The translations under genes and the position numbers were made by a program. DNA of 63,725 bases, filler included, from Octopus bimaculoides (Eukaryota), in the NCBI RefSeq assembly GCF_001194135.2. It is 6 parts of 6 records of this genome, joined end to end, with 100 filler letters (N's around TTAATTAATTAA, not from the genome) between each part and the next. Parts side by side here need not be neighbours in the genome. Positions count along the whole stretch, not along the records: positions 23,676 to 46,775 come from NC_068990.1; positions 46,876 to 55,963 come from NC_069008.1; 4 more parts are not named here. One strand, given 5' to 3'. A model generated the notes under the pieces. It was not told the DNA's origin and searched no databases. It was given only the letters and a program-made list of their open reading frames with translations. Position 1 is the first letter of the stretch, and every line of letters starts with the position of its first letter. Of the stretch, positions 40,218 to 52,513 are shown in pieces.

Positions 40218-40435
40218 AGGGCGACCAACTGGCAGAATCGTTAGCCCGCTGGACAAAATGCTTAACGACATTTCGTCTCTCAGAGCGCTCTGGGTTCAAA
40301 ATCAGCAGAGGTCAACTTTGCTTATCATCTTTTCGGAGTCGATAAATTAAATAGTGTTTGATCACTGGTAACGATATAATCCACTTACTTCTTCCCCAAA
40401 ATTGCTAGCCTTATGCCAAAACTCGAAACCAATTT
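40218..40435 (+). mobile_element. tRNA-derived SINE, family B
   Basis: gggcgaccaactggcagaatcgttagc...gggttcaaaatcagcagaggtcaactttgcttatcatctttcggagtcgataaattaa. Confidence 0.75.
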
Positions 40436-40531
40436 GTTGTTTAAGTGGTACCGAACACTTTTTTGCCCTCTTCCTTTTGCTGAACGTTTTTCTGTTTCAT
40501 CTCCATCTTTTTCATCTTTCTTTAATCCCGC

Positions 40532-40568
<37 letters not shown>

Positions 40569-41277
40569 ACTGCAGCCTACAAGAGAGCTTCTGAATTTAT
40601 TATCTACATTTTGGTTAACATAATCATCCACAGAGTGAAAGACCTCAAGAAATATCAGTTAAATTCTTTTTTTAAATATCACATTTAGTTATTTTGTTAC
40701 TTCCCTTTACGATCTGTGTTCAAATTTACCCCGCCTCCCCGAGCAGTCAGCTTTGCCTTTCATCCCCCTGAGGTCGATGTAACAAATANNNNNNNNNNNN
40801 NNNNNNNNNNNNNNNNNNNNNNNNNNNNNNNNNNNNNNNNNNNNNNNNNNNNNNNNNNNNNNNNNNNNNNNNNNNNNNNNNNNNNNNNNNNNNNNNNNNN
40901 NNNNNNNNNNNNNNNNNNNNNNNNNNNNNNNNNNNNNNNNNNNNNNNNNNNNNNNNNNNNNNNNNNNNNNNNNNNNNNNNNNNNNNNNNNNNNNNNNNNN
41001 NNNNNNNNNNNNNNNNNNNNNNNNNNNNNNNNNNNNNNNNNNNNNNNNNNNNNNNNNNNNNNNNNNNNNNNNNNNNNNNNNNNNNNNNNNNNNNNNNNNN
41101 NNNNNNNNNNNNNNNNNNNNNNNNNNNNNNNNNNNNNNNNNNNNNNNNNNNNNNNNNNNNNNNNNNNNNNNNNNNNNNNNNNNNNNNNNNNNNNNNNNNN
41201 NNNNNNNNNNNNNNNNNNNNNNNNNNNNNNNNNNNNNNNNNNNNNNNNNNNNNNNNNNNNNNNNNNNNNNNNNNNNN

Positions 41278-41326
<49 letters not shown>

Positions 41327-41669
41327 ACTCCTTCTCTCTTTCTCTCCCTCATCTTTCTCTCCCTTTCTTTTATTCTCTCATTTTCCAACTGCTGTCTTTT
41401 CCTTCTTCAAATACTTTCCTTTCATATTGTAATTTCTGAACAGCGTCGTTGATTACAGGCTTCCAATTCACCAATCACTGCTTCCTTGCATTTCTTCTGC
41501 TGACGTGGGGGACAAGCAAACGGCACCGGTTTTTCCGTTTCTCACCGATTCTTATATGTCTTGCCGACGTACACATACTCGCATTCCACCACCACTCCGC
41601 CCACCAGCACACGCATGCATACATGTATACATCTAGACAGAGACACGCAATACATACGCACGCGCGCGT

Positions 41670-41703
<34 letters not shown>

Positions 41704-41849
41704 TTTTGAATTTGTCTGCAAGAATTTTGATCTGAAACCGCGTTAAAACTGTTATTATTCTCTTTGCAAAGATTTATATTAAAACCAAAAGCCTATAAAC
41801 ACTCTCACAGGTTCTTGCCTTGTTTCCAGTTATTATATATACTACACTT

Positions 41850-42126
41850 TATCGTGCAGTTACTGTTAATACTTCATTTAGAGAATTAACATTGCTTGTT
41901 TTCACCTTTTCGATATCAGTGAAGAATTTCACTGGAAAAGTAGATATAAGATTGCCAGGATTTTGTCTCTCTCACCGAGGTCAGTAGCTATCGAACGCCG
42001 ACGAAGGGAAATAACCCTGAAATCCGGATCCGTTCGTGCTACAGATCGTGGTGAGAGGGATAACTTCCCTTGGCAAACAGGACACAGTCGTGTGTCGATA
42101 AGCCAGCTGGAGGAGATGTCCTCCTG
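41850..42126 (+). repeat. structured ~350-nt interspersed repeat, copy 3
   Basis: About 95% similar to 14632-14886; ends at an N gap. Confidence 0.85.
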
Positions 42127-42654
42127 NNNNNNNNNNNNNNNNNNNNNNNNNNNNNNNNNNNNNNNNNNNNNNNNNNNNNNNNNNNNNNNNNNNNNNNNNN
42201 NNNNNNNNNNNNNNNNNNNNNNNNNNNNNNNNNNNNNNNNNNNNNNNNNNNNNNNNNNNNNNNNNNNNNNNNNNNNNNNNNNNNNNNNNNNNNNNNNNNN
42301 NNNNNNNNNNNNNNNNNNNNNNNNNNNNNNNNNNNNNNNNNNNNNNNNNNNNNNNNNNNNNNNNNNNNNNNNNNNNNNNNNNNNNNNNNNNNNNNNNNNN
42401 NNNNNNNNNNNNNNNNNNNNNNNNNNNNNNNNNNNNNNNNNNNNNNNNNNNNNNNNNNNNNNNNNNNNNNNNNNNNNNNNNNNNNNNNNNNNNNNNNNNN
42501 NNNNNNNNNNNNNNNNNNNNNNNNNNNNNNNNNNNNNNNNNNNNNNNNNNNNNNNNNNNNNNNNNNNNNNNNNNNNNNNNNNNNNNNNNNNNNNNNNNNN
42601 NNNNNNNNNNNNNNNNNNNNNNNNNNNNNNNNNNNNNNNNNNNNNNNNNNNNNN

Positions 42655-42714
<60 letters not shown>

Positions 42715-43522
42715 TATTTGTGTTTGTGTGTGCCCGTGTGTGTGTCCGTATCTGTATTCGATCCAACAGCCTGCCAGCTTAAGCTTCAGATTGATCCATA
42801 CTCTGTGAGTGAAATTGGACAGAGAGACATTATGTGAAATCGTAGGCCTCCGTGTAAGTTTCTGCCAACCAAATTTTACTCACAGTGTTTTACTTAACAC
42901 GAGAAGACACCCAGGGCGCTGTACATCGGAACCGAACAAAGAAACACATGGTTACGAGGCGAGTCTCATCTGCACATAACCATGTTTGCGTTCACTTTAA
43001 CTCCACCTTCTTTGTATCTTGTTTGAAACCTTGGCTCTTTCCCGCTCCGCCTTTTCATTCTTAGCCTCGCCATCTTCTTCAATCAGTAGTTATGTCACTT
43101 CCTTCTGGCCTTCTCTTGTCCTCCACACACAACACGTCCTCTTCTTTAAAGGAGAACTTCATACGAATGCTCTTCACTTAAATATTTTAATTAGCCCTTA
43201 GAGTGTTTCCGTGCTTCTCAATTTCTTTACTCATCGTTTAAGTATCGTTTCTCTCTCTACTTGCACATCACCTCCCTCTTCAACTAGGTTTAGAACATTG
43301 AATTTTCAACCTACCGTCTCCAACGCCAACTTGCACTTCGTTCATCTCGCATACCATACGCCAGACCGTTTCAACCTATTTCACTCTCCGACCCTTCAGT
43401 TTCCTTCTCTTCATCCTTACTCTCCCAACCGAACCCTCATTTCACATCTCATCTTTACTTTAATTCTTCATCGATCACTTACTTGCAACCAAAGCAACGA
43501 CATTACATTCTCTCTCTTCCGC

Positions 43523-43560
43523 AATCTCAGACGAAAACCAAGGGCCCGAAACGTTAGATT
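43523..43560 (+). ncRNA. degenerate minimal type I hammerhead motif
   Basis: Stem I AATCT/AGATT; core CAGACGA (U4 changed to A); GAAA; palindromic ACGT stem III; GUU triplet; stem II decayed. Confidence 0.4.
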
Positions 43561-44519
43561 ACACTGTGTAAAACGATTTTTGTCCTTGGGTGGCAACTGT
43601 TATTTCCTATTTGCTTACCCCTAGAAAAATGGCTAATGTTTCCTTCAGACTTTGCTTTTGTTACATTTATTCAAATCTCCACAAATCCCTCTCAACATTT
43701 GTGAGAGGGATTTGTGGCTATGATGCTCCCGAGCTACTTCTGCTCGTAATCAAAGATGCATATATTGTCATCCATTAAGGAACATGCTCAAATAGTTAAG
43801 GTCAAGCAACTGACAAGCAAGTCTGTGGTGCAGAGCAGAATATTTGCTAAAATGATATTTCTGCTGCAGCAACTCAGTGCCGAATCTGTCTGAAATGTAA
43901 AGGAAATTAGATCAGTTTCGAAGCATTGATGTCCACGTCTCAAAAGCAAAGTTTGAAGGGAATAGTAGTCATTTCCTTTGATTTCTAGAAAGAAGCAAAT
44001 GAGAAATAACACTTATTGACCAAAGACAATAAATAATTAAATAAATAAATAAAAATTTTGTTACACTAAGGGCAGCTGAACATGTCGAATTCTTACATGA
44101 ACACTCCTATGGACTATTTGTTGGTAACTTATGGCTTCGGAAGGTTTATTAGCTTCCAGATTTCACGTTTTAAATCTGTGACTATGTAAGAATTCAATAG
44201 CTGATAAATTTTGGGCGAAAAATATTCATAGCGGTTCTAAGAAAATATTCTGGACTAGCTTCTCATGGTAAACACTAATCGAAGAATCATATGGTCTTTT
44301 AGCTGAAAAAGTCTTGTAACTTTGTTACCGACCGGCTTGAACTCTCTTAAGAACATAAGTAAAACTAAAAGAAAAATTATATACATATATATATATATAT
44401 ATATGTGCGCGTGCATGTTTGTATACAGCAACTTCGACGATAATTGCAGTGTATGTGCTTCGTCGTTGCTAATGACATTTCTGACCTTCCATCCAAACCT
44501 CTTTGATTGCTATTCAGTC

Positions 44520-44865
44520 CCGTTGCAGACCTGCATGGTATGAAGTATGCAGAGATACACTGAGGACAACCCTTAGCATGGTCCGGTGCTCACCACTGTT
44601 TTGTTAATATGTTTATGCGGTTGTACCAAGACAGGAAGTCCGGGGTCGTGTTTAACGGAAAAATGTCTGACAAATTGGCAAAAAAGAAATCACTAAAAAG
44701 ATGACCATCACCAAATATAAACAATATCTGTTTCAACACCCGATTTCACATCACGAACTTTGCAAAACAAATACATAAACGTAATGCCTGATAAAGTTCC
44801 GATTGATAATGGAGTGAAGCAGAGCGATGTTCCTGCTCCTACACTCTTCAGCATTCTTTGCTGTT
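44520..44865 (+). mobile_element. RTE (BovB-like) RT remnant
   Basis: VNMFMRLYQDRKSGVVFNGKMSD and PDKVPIDNGVKQSDVPAPTLFSIL resemble the RT segment around the QG motif. Confidence 0.55.
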
Positions 44866-45397
44866 TTGCATACAAATACATTTACATACATACATACATA
44901 CACACAAGCATGTGTATGTATTTAAGTATGTGTGGGTGTTTGTTCGCATGATTGTAAAAATGTTTTATATATTTTTAACGCATAATATTGTTCCCCACAT
45001 AACAATATATGCCATATAACTGATCTGTACATAAAATCTTGTAATTCCCTCACTTCACAAAGGATACATTTTTTTTTTATCTTCTACGTTCATGTCTCTC
45101 TTTCGATTTCCCATTCTTTCTTACTCTCTTACTCTCTCTTTCACTCTCATTCACTTTCTCTAAACACCATCTAATATCATTATTTATTCATTTCGTTATG
45201 TATTCATTATTGATCTGTATTTAGTTGATTTTTTCGTTTCTGAACATTATTTGTTTTTATTATTTATTTTTAAATAATTTATATATTATTTTGTTCATTT
45301 GTCCAGTAGAACATAATTGTTCTATTGGTCTTTGGCTGTTTACACATTAGTATTCTCAAAGCAAACTTTTATCATCATCATCATCACCACCACCACC

Positions 45398-45448
<51 letters not shown>

Positions 45449-45588
45449 TTCGTCATCATCTTCGTCGTCGTCGTTGTTGTTGTTGTCGATGGTGATGGTG
45501 GCGTTTCTACTGCTGCTGCTTTTGTTGCTGTAATTATTTTGTTTCGATTTTGATTTGGATGTTACATTGGTGTATTTTATTGTATTTA

Positions 45589-45635
<47 letters not shown>

Positions 45636-46286
45636 AGTCTGTCTGTATGACTGTCTGTCTGTCTGTCTGTAGATGAAACAGGGACAACTGACGGAGTGGT
45701 ATAGTCTTTATGTTGCATGTTTCGTTTCTCTGTTTTTTTTNNNNNNNNNNNNNNNNNNNNNNNNNNNNNNNNNNNNNNNNNNNNNNNNNNNNNNNNNNNN
45801 NNNNNNNNNNNNNNNNNNNNNNNNNNNNNNNNNNNNNNNNNNNNNNNNNNNNNNNNNNNNNNNNNNNNNNNNNNNNNNNNNNNNNNNNNNNNNNNNNNNN
45901 NNNNNNNNNNNNNNNNNNNNNNNNNNNNNNNNNNNNNNNNNNNNNNNNNNNNNNNNNNNNNNNNNNNNNNNNNNNNNNNNNNNNNNNNNNNNNNNNNNNN
46001 NNNNNNNNNNNNNNNNNNNNNNNNNNNNNNNNNNNNNNNNNNNNNNNNNNNNNNNNNNNNNNNNNNNNNNNNNNNNNNNNNNNNNNNNNNNNNNNNNNNN
46101 NNNNNNNNNNNNNNNNNNNNNNNNNNNNNNNNNNNNNNNNNNNNNNNNNNNNNNNNNNNNNNNNNNNNNNNNNNNNNNNNNNNNNNNNNNNNNNNNNNNN
46201 NNNNNNNNNNNNNNNNNNNNNNNNNNNNNNNNTCTATCTGTCCATCTGTCTGTCAATTCTCTGTTTGTCTATCTATCAATCAACCA

Positions 46287-46351
<65 letters not shown>

Positions 46352-46582
46352 CCTTCCTGTCTATCTAACTGTCTGCCTGAATGTCTTTGTGAATGTATGT
46401 TTATTGAAATAATGATTCTTACAAAACTAATTCTGTTTAAAATTAGAATTCCTTCGGAGTACATTAAACAAGGGCAAGGACTGTACATATATAGACATAT
46501 ACACACACACACAAACACACGCGCACACACACACACACACACACACACATGCACACACACAAACACACACACACATACACAT

Positions 46583-46731
46583 ATGGCTGTGTGGTAAGAA
46601 GCTTGCTTTCCAAACACATTGTTCCGTGTTCAGTCCCACTGCGTGCTACCTTGGGCAAGATACTCCTACTATGACTTCGGGTCGAACAAAACCTTGTGAG
46701 TTTGCTAGATAGAAACTGATAGAAGTCCGTC

Positions 46732-46734
<3 letters not shown>
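46583..46734 (+). mobile_element. tRNA-derived SINE, family A (CORE-like)
   Basis: ggctgtgtggtaagaagcttgc...gttcagtcccactgcgtgctaccttgggcaag; ccttgggcaag resembles the CORE-SINE domain start. Confidence 0.8.
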
Positions 46735-46775
<41 letters not shown>

Positions 46776-47468
46776 NNNNNNNNNNNNNNNNNNNNNNNNN
46801 NNNNNNNNNNNNNNNNNNNTTAATTAATTAANNNNNNNNNNNNNNNNNNNNNNNNNNNNNNNNNNNNNNNNNNNNTATATATATATATGCATATATGTGT
46901 ATGTGTGTATACAGATATATATGGATATATATACACACACACACGCGCACATACAGATACAAACAAGTGACAACGGGAATGTGCATACACACACACACAC
47001 ACGCGCGCACACAAAAGTGGCTACATGCTGTGGAAACTGGAGTACCAAACTGTGCATGTGTGTGTATATAATATCTATCTATCTATATATATACACACAC
47101 ACACACACATGTACATACATATAACAAAGAGAGGTACACACACACACATAGAAAATGTTAGTAGATACTGCAAACTTCTTAATTTTATTTTTCAAATTTT
47201 GAAATCCATCAACAAAATAGACTGTATATATATATATATATATACATATATATATGTTTATATATACATATATATGTATGTATATACTATTTAATCATTA
47301 AAAATCAATAAGTGGTGTGTAAAGTTCTTGTTAGGTGTGTGGCAGGTTTGTTAAGGTATGTGGCTCGTTAGGGTAGGTCTAAAACGCAAGGACTAATTAA
47401 GAGTTGATGGCTACTTACTTGAACACGGACATCCTAAAACAGAGAGAAAGAGAGAGAGAGACCGACAT

Positions 47469-47503
<35 letters not shown>

Positions 47504-47560
47504 ATGAGAGAGAGAGATAAGAAAGAGGGATAGAATGAGTGAGAAAGGGGGCGAATGATG

Positions 47561-47598
<38 letters not shown>

Positions 47599-48597
47599 TG
47601 AGGGCAAGGGAAGAGAGGATGAGACAGATCGATATAAGGTGAGAATGGAGTGTGTAGATGAGAAAGAGTGAGAGAGAGGGAGATTGTGTGTGTGTGTGAC
47701 AGGGAGAGAGAGAGAGAGAGAGAATGAGCGTATGTGTTCTTTGTGTATGGAATAGTGAAAGAGAGGGGATGAGAATGAGTGAGAAAGTGACAGAGATAGA
47801 CGGACAGACAGAGAGATAAATGGTTAGAGAGACAGAGAGATAGACAAACAGACAGAGATAGACAGATAGAGAGACAGAGAAAGAGAGACAGACAGACAGA
47901 TAGAGGAACAAAGAAAGAGAGAGAGAAACGGACAGACAGAGATAGATGGACAGACAGATAAATGGGTAAACGGGGAGACAGATAGAGAGAAAAACAGATA
48001 CACATAGACATAGACAAGCAGGAAGAGGACATTGTTTCTGTAACAGAAATGAAATGTTGTGGAATAGGAGAAATNNNNNNNNNNGGGGGGAGAAAGACGG
48101 ACAGATGTACAGAATGTATGCAATTAGATAGAGAGAAAGAAAAAGCATTTCTGACTGAGAGAATTATGTGGGGGAAGGTGGTAGGTGTAGTAGTGTTGAG
48201 AAAGAGTAAAAGAGAGAGAGTAGTAGTAGTAGATTGTTAGTGTGATAATTTCTGTGAACGATCAGATGGCTATGAGTATGATGATGATGATGATACCATG
48301 TAGCTTACACTAGCTCTACTATCCTATACAGAACTGCTAGACACAGCAGTTAAATCTACCTCGTTTATAGCTTACAGTCTTAAACAGGGACAGGTACATT
48401 ATGTAGCATAGACCTATACATATGTTATTTCATGAAAACAAAAACAAAATTTAAGAAATGAAAATAAAAAAACGGTGGTCACAGTTGGAGTGTCTTTGAT
48501 CTTGGGTCTGTTTGCTTTCTCAGAGCTGAGCCGGGACCAAGCAACCACTATTGGTGTCCTTACAAGCTTGTATGTGTATGTGTGTAAAAACATATTA

Positions 48598-48690
48598 TAT
48601 CATCATCATTGTTTAACGTCCACTTTCCATGCTAGCATGGGTTGGACGATTTGACTGAGGACTGGTAAAACCGGATGGCAATACCAGCCT

Positions 48691-48759
<69 letters not shown>

Positions 48760-49090
48760 ATCCAAGCATCAAGGTGTAGGAAGAAGGTTAGCCTCAAGCA
48801 ATCCATAGTAAATATAAAATAGTGGTTTATTGAGACGGAACGTTGTGGATCTTGTTCTTATTGAAGTATGATAAATTGAAAAAAAGTTCTTTTTATATTT
48901 CACTGTAGGCAACCAGAGTTGCCAGGTATGCAAATAAGAATACAAGAGTTAAGAAATGGAGGAGATAAAATCATCATCATCATTGTCATCATCGTCCAAC
49001 GTCCGTTGTCCATGCTAGCATGGGTTGGACGATTTGACTGAGGACTGGTGAAACCGGATGGCTACATTAGGCTCCAATCTGATCTGGGTT
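48598..49090 (-). mobile_element. two short 3' fragments of the RTE-tail element
   Basis: catcatcat...ccatgctagcatgggttggacgatttgactgaggactgg repeated at ~48598-48690 and ~48970-49090. Confidence 0.7.
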
Positions 49091-49365
49091 ACAAATGTTT
49101 TATAGCAAGTGGAACTTCGGAAGTAGTAAAGTATACTACAGGCTACTCTTCAGGCCAAGGATATCTTGATTAAATGAAAGTTGTCACAAGGAGGTACATG
49201 TTAACACATGGAGGATTCAATCAGAAAAAATATCACTTGGATATTTACCACTTCTGAGCTTCTGCTCGATCCTATCTACTCCATTCCTTAAATGTATGTA
49301 TTTATGAGATTCCCTCTCTCACTCTCTGGGAGAGAGGCACAAGCACATACACAGACATATACACA

Positions 49366-49520
49366 CGCGGCAGTAACTTCCGCCTACCAAATTCAATCAC
49401 AAGGCTTTGGTCAGCCCGGGGCTATAGCAGAAGACACTTGCCCACGGTGCCACGCAGTGGGACTGAACCCGAAACCATGTAGCTGGGAAGCAAGCTTCCT
49501 AACCACACAGCCATGCCCGC
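49366..49520 (-). mobile_element. tRNA-derived SINE, family A
   Basis: cacaaggctttggtcagcccggggctatagcagaagacacttgcccacggtgccacgcagtgggactgaacccg...ccacacagccatg. Confidence 0.8.
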
Positions 49521-50070
49521 GAGATGTATATATTATATAATTATGTGTGTGTGTGAAGTGTGTATATTACATAAATATATACACCTTCATTCACCAAATG
49601 TCACATATCCAAGGGGATTTCAAGCAATGAAGCTGAAACTTCTTACCACACAGCCACACATGCATCTATATATGCGTGTGTGTGTGTGTGTATGTATAGA
49701 TATATATACATATATATACACATATAATAGCTGCTTTCTCATATACGAGTAAAGCCATTGCTAGAAAGAATTAAAAAAAAAAACGATGAAAAGTTCTTCC
49801 CATGTCATGGGGTCACAAGGCCAGTTTCCCTGATTTTGTGGCATAGATACTCATCCATTTGACCAAACACTGGTCCATTGTGGATCTCTTCATTCTTGCC
49901 AGCCCCAGGGGGATCCAGGGCTGGCAAGAAACGTACACACGTGGAACCCCCCCCCACCCACCAAAAAACCCCCACAAAAATGTAAGCCTAAAGACTTAAC
50001 AAATTTTTTCCCTTTTTATCCTTTCATTTCCCTATTTCTCCTATCTACATTCCCCTAATAAACTCTAAAT

Positions 50071-50108
50071 CATTCTGATGATGTTTGTTAAATGAAACGA
50101 GATAAATG
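50071..50108 (+). ncRNA. degenerate hammerhead-like motif
   Basis: CATT-CTGATGA-T-GTTT gtt AAAT-GAAA-CGAGAT-A-AATG; stem I CATT/AATG; stem III not intact. Confidence 0.3.
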
Positions 50109-50399
50109 CAAATTTACTTCGAAATAACAAACTGAAACAGTTGTAAATGTTCTTGAACTACAATTCAACTATGACCTTTTAATACCANNNNNNNNNNNNN
50201 NNNNNNNNNNNNNNNNNNNNNNNNNNNNNNNNNNNNNNNNNNNNNNNNNNNNNNNNNNNNNNNNNNNNNNNNNNNNNNNNNNNNNNNNNNNNNNNNNNNN
50301 NNNNNNNNNNNNNNNNNNNNNNNNNNNNNNNNNNNNNNNNNNNNNNNNNNNNNNNNNNNNNNNNNNNNNNNNNNNNNNNNNNNNNNNNNNNNNNNNNNN

Positions 50400-50876
50400 C
50401 AGAGAGACTTAAGCAGCAATATTATGATAAAGCAGTTGTATACTGTTAACTCAATGTGACAATCCCAGGGCTAAATAGCCCCTTATTGGGACTGTCACAT
50501 TATGTTGACAGTATAAAATTGCTTTAGCGTAACACTGCTGCTTAAGTCTCTCTGTAAGATTTATAATCAGATCATTTCTAATTTTTGTAATCAGTGAATG
50601 TGTTTTCACTAAAAATATATATATTTGCGAGGGTCTCACATGCATTTTCAACCAGCCGGTGTTGCTACTTCAGGCTGATGACGAGCAATGACTCAGAAAC
50701 ATGTCCCTGAATGCACGCTAGGCTGGGTGGGGGTGCTTGTCTCCCCCTCGTAAATATAAGGACACAAGAAATGTGTCAAGGCTGACAGGAAGCGGTCCAG
50801 CTTCCTAGGGCTAAATAGCAGCAGTATGATTCCCTTATTGGGACTGTCACATTGAGTTAACAGTATACAACTGCTA
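50400..50876 (+). mobile_element. retrozyme-like / Penelope pLTR-like short element
   Basis: Direct repeat agggctaaatagc...cccttattgggactgtcacatt...acagtata at 50467 and 50807 (period 340 nt) brackets one HHR. Preceded by a 67-bp inverted copy (50400-50466 vs 50488-50554, 57/67 identical). Confidence 0.6.
50669..50711 (+). ncRNA. minimal type I hammerhead ribozyme (best-preserved in window)
   Basis: TTCAGG [CTGATGA] C GAG caatga CTC A [GAAA] CATGT C CCTGAA. 6-bp stem I TTCAGG/CCTGAA, intact core boxes, palindromic ACATGT stem III, GUC triplet (C at 50705). Deviation: C and A flank the base of stem II. Confidence 0.7.
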
Positions 50877-52279
50877 TATATATAGATAGGCACACACACA
50901 TATAAAGAGAGGGAGAGGGTTGGTGCCCAGTTTGTAAGAAGTCACATCAGTATCTATTGACTGACTGATGCTGAGGCTCAACAAAGAGGCTTCAACATAG
51001 GTCATTCCATCTGCTGAAAATAGCAGCTTCAAACTATTCCCTGCCACCTTAAATAAACAATATACCGGATGATGTGGTTGTGATTGGAACAGCTTCTGTC
51101 AAAGGTGTCTTTTTGATCAAAGCTGATCTGGGAATAAACACCATCAACAGCAAACAACAAATTTACTTTAGGCCAACTAAAAAAAGAGCAAAGGTTGATT
51201 TTTGTCCTTTTTCTTTTAATTACTGATTGACTTCAGCAAATGGTGACTCCAACTTTGAAGAATTTACACTTAAAAACTTACAAAATCTACAAGCTTGTCT
51301 TTGCATGAATCACAAAGATTTTCAAGATGTCTTTCAAAATATTCCAGTGACATGATTTAACACATTGGCTTCCAAGCCTCATTTTACATTTTATCCCCAG
51401 GGTCCCAATACAATATCTTAATTAATTTTCACATGAGCGGCATAATATTCTTACACTATACCATATTTGAGGCAAGGGTCACACAGGTCGTGTTAGATAC
51501 TCACATCCCACTGGAGGGTCGTGTGGTACCCTAGTTCATATCACACCCTGGATAGCACATGACCTACCTGTGGTCAATTAAAAATTTGGGGTATTTTCTT
51601 TGGGAAGATCTAAAAATCTTTTCAAAAAGAACTATTTTGGTTTCCATGGCAAGTAAAATATTTTTCATTCCTTTCAGTTTCCACTGGAAAATCTACCAAT
51701 TTTTTCAAAAAGAACTATTTTTGTTTCAATGACAAAATTTTCTCAATAATGAAAAACAAAAAAAAATATACAAAATCCATAAAAAAAATTGTTCTCTTCG
51801 TGTAGTAAAAGCACAAATCACAGCAATTGGAGCATTCCAGCTCTCAGAAAGCCCTTAGGAAAGAAATTTAAAAAAACAACCCACTGGTGGGTTGGTCGGG
51901 GCACCCCTAACATACCACCATGACCCACCACCACGACCTGTGAGGGAGCCAACGTGTTAAAGACAATGCAAAACCGAAACATGTCCCTGAATTTATTGAA
52001 AATACATCATCATAAAGCAGTAATTTTTATGTCAACTGGCAAAATTTCCAGTCTGCATGTAAACCAATTAAAGTTACATAACAAACATTAATACTCCTCT
52101 TGAGAAAGATTAATTCAAAACAATGTGGGGGAAAAAATAATATATTTTGACAAAGAATTCTAAAAGCTAAAGGGTGACCTGGCACTCCATCGGTTACCCT
52201 GCTCGTGAAATTAATATGCAAGTTAAGAGAGTATTGTAGTTCGCTTGAAGCATTGTGTATTGTTTGTAAAGAATAAAAG

Positions 52280-52513
52280 TTTAGAATGGTACAACAATGC
52301 ACTATAAAACAAGAAATGGACTATATACCTGTTGTAATTTGGTTATCTATAGTCCGATGATATTTCGGAATTACAATTCCTTCTTCGACTCCAGCCAAGA
52401 AGATCTGAAGAATGAATTGTAATTCCGAAATATCATCGGACTATAGATAACCAAATTACAACAAGTATATAGTCCATTTCTTGTTTTATAGTGCATTGTT
52501 GTACCATTCTAAA
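52280..52513. repeat. near-perfect 107-bp-arm inverted repeat containing a hammerhead motif
   Basis: Arms 52280-52386 and 52407-52513 differ at 2 positions; 20-nt loop. HHR GAT-CTGAAGA-A-(T)GAAT tgta ATTCC-GAAA-TATC-ATC at 52402-52437. Confidence 0.9.

Noticed and set aside
51260-51800. Possible Penelope GIY-YIG remnant (IPLEGRVV)
   Set aside because: Too degenerate to support by eye; left for an HMM search.
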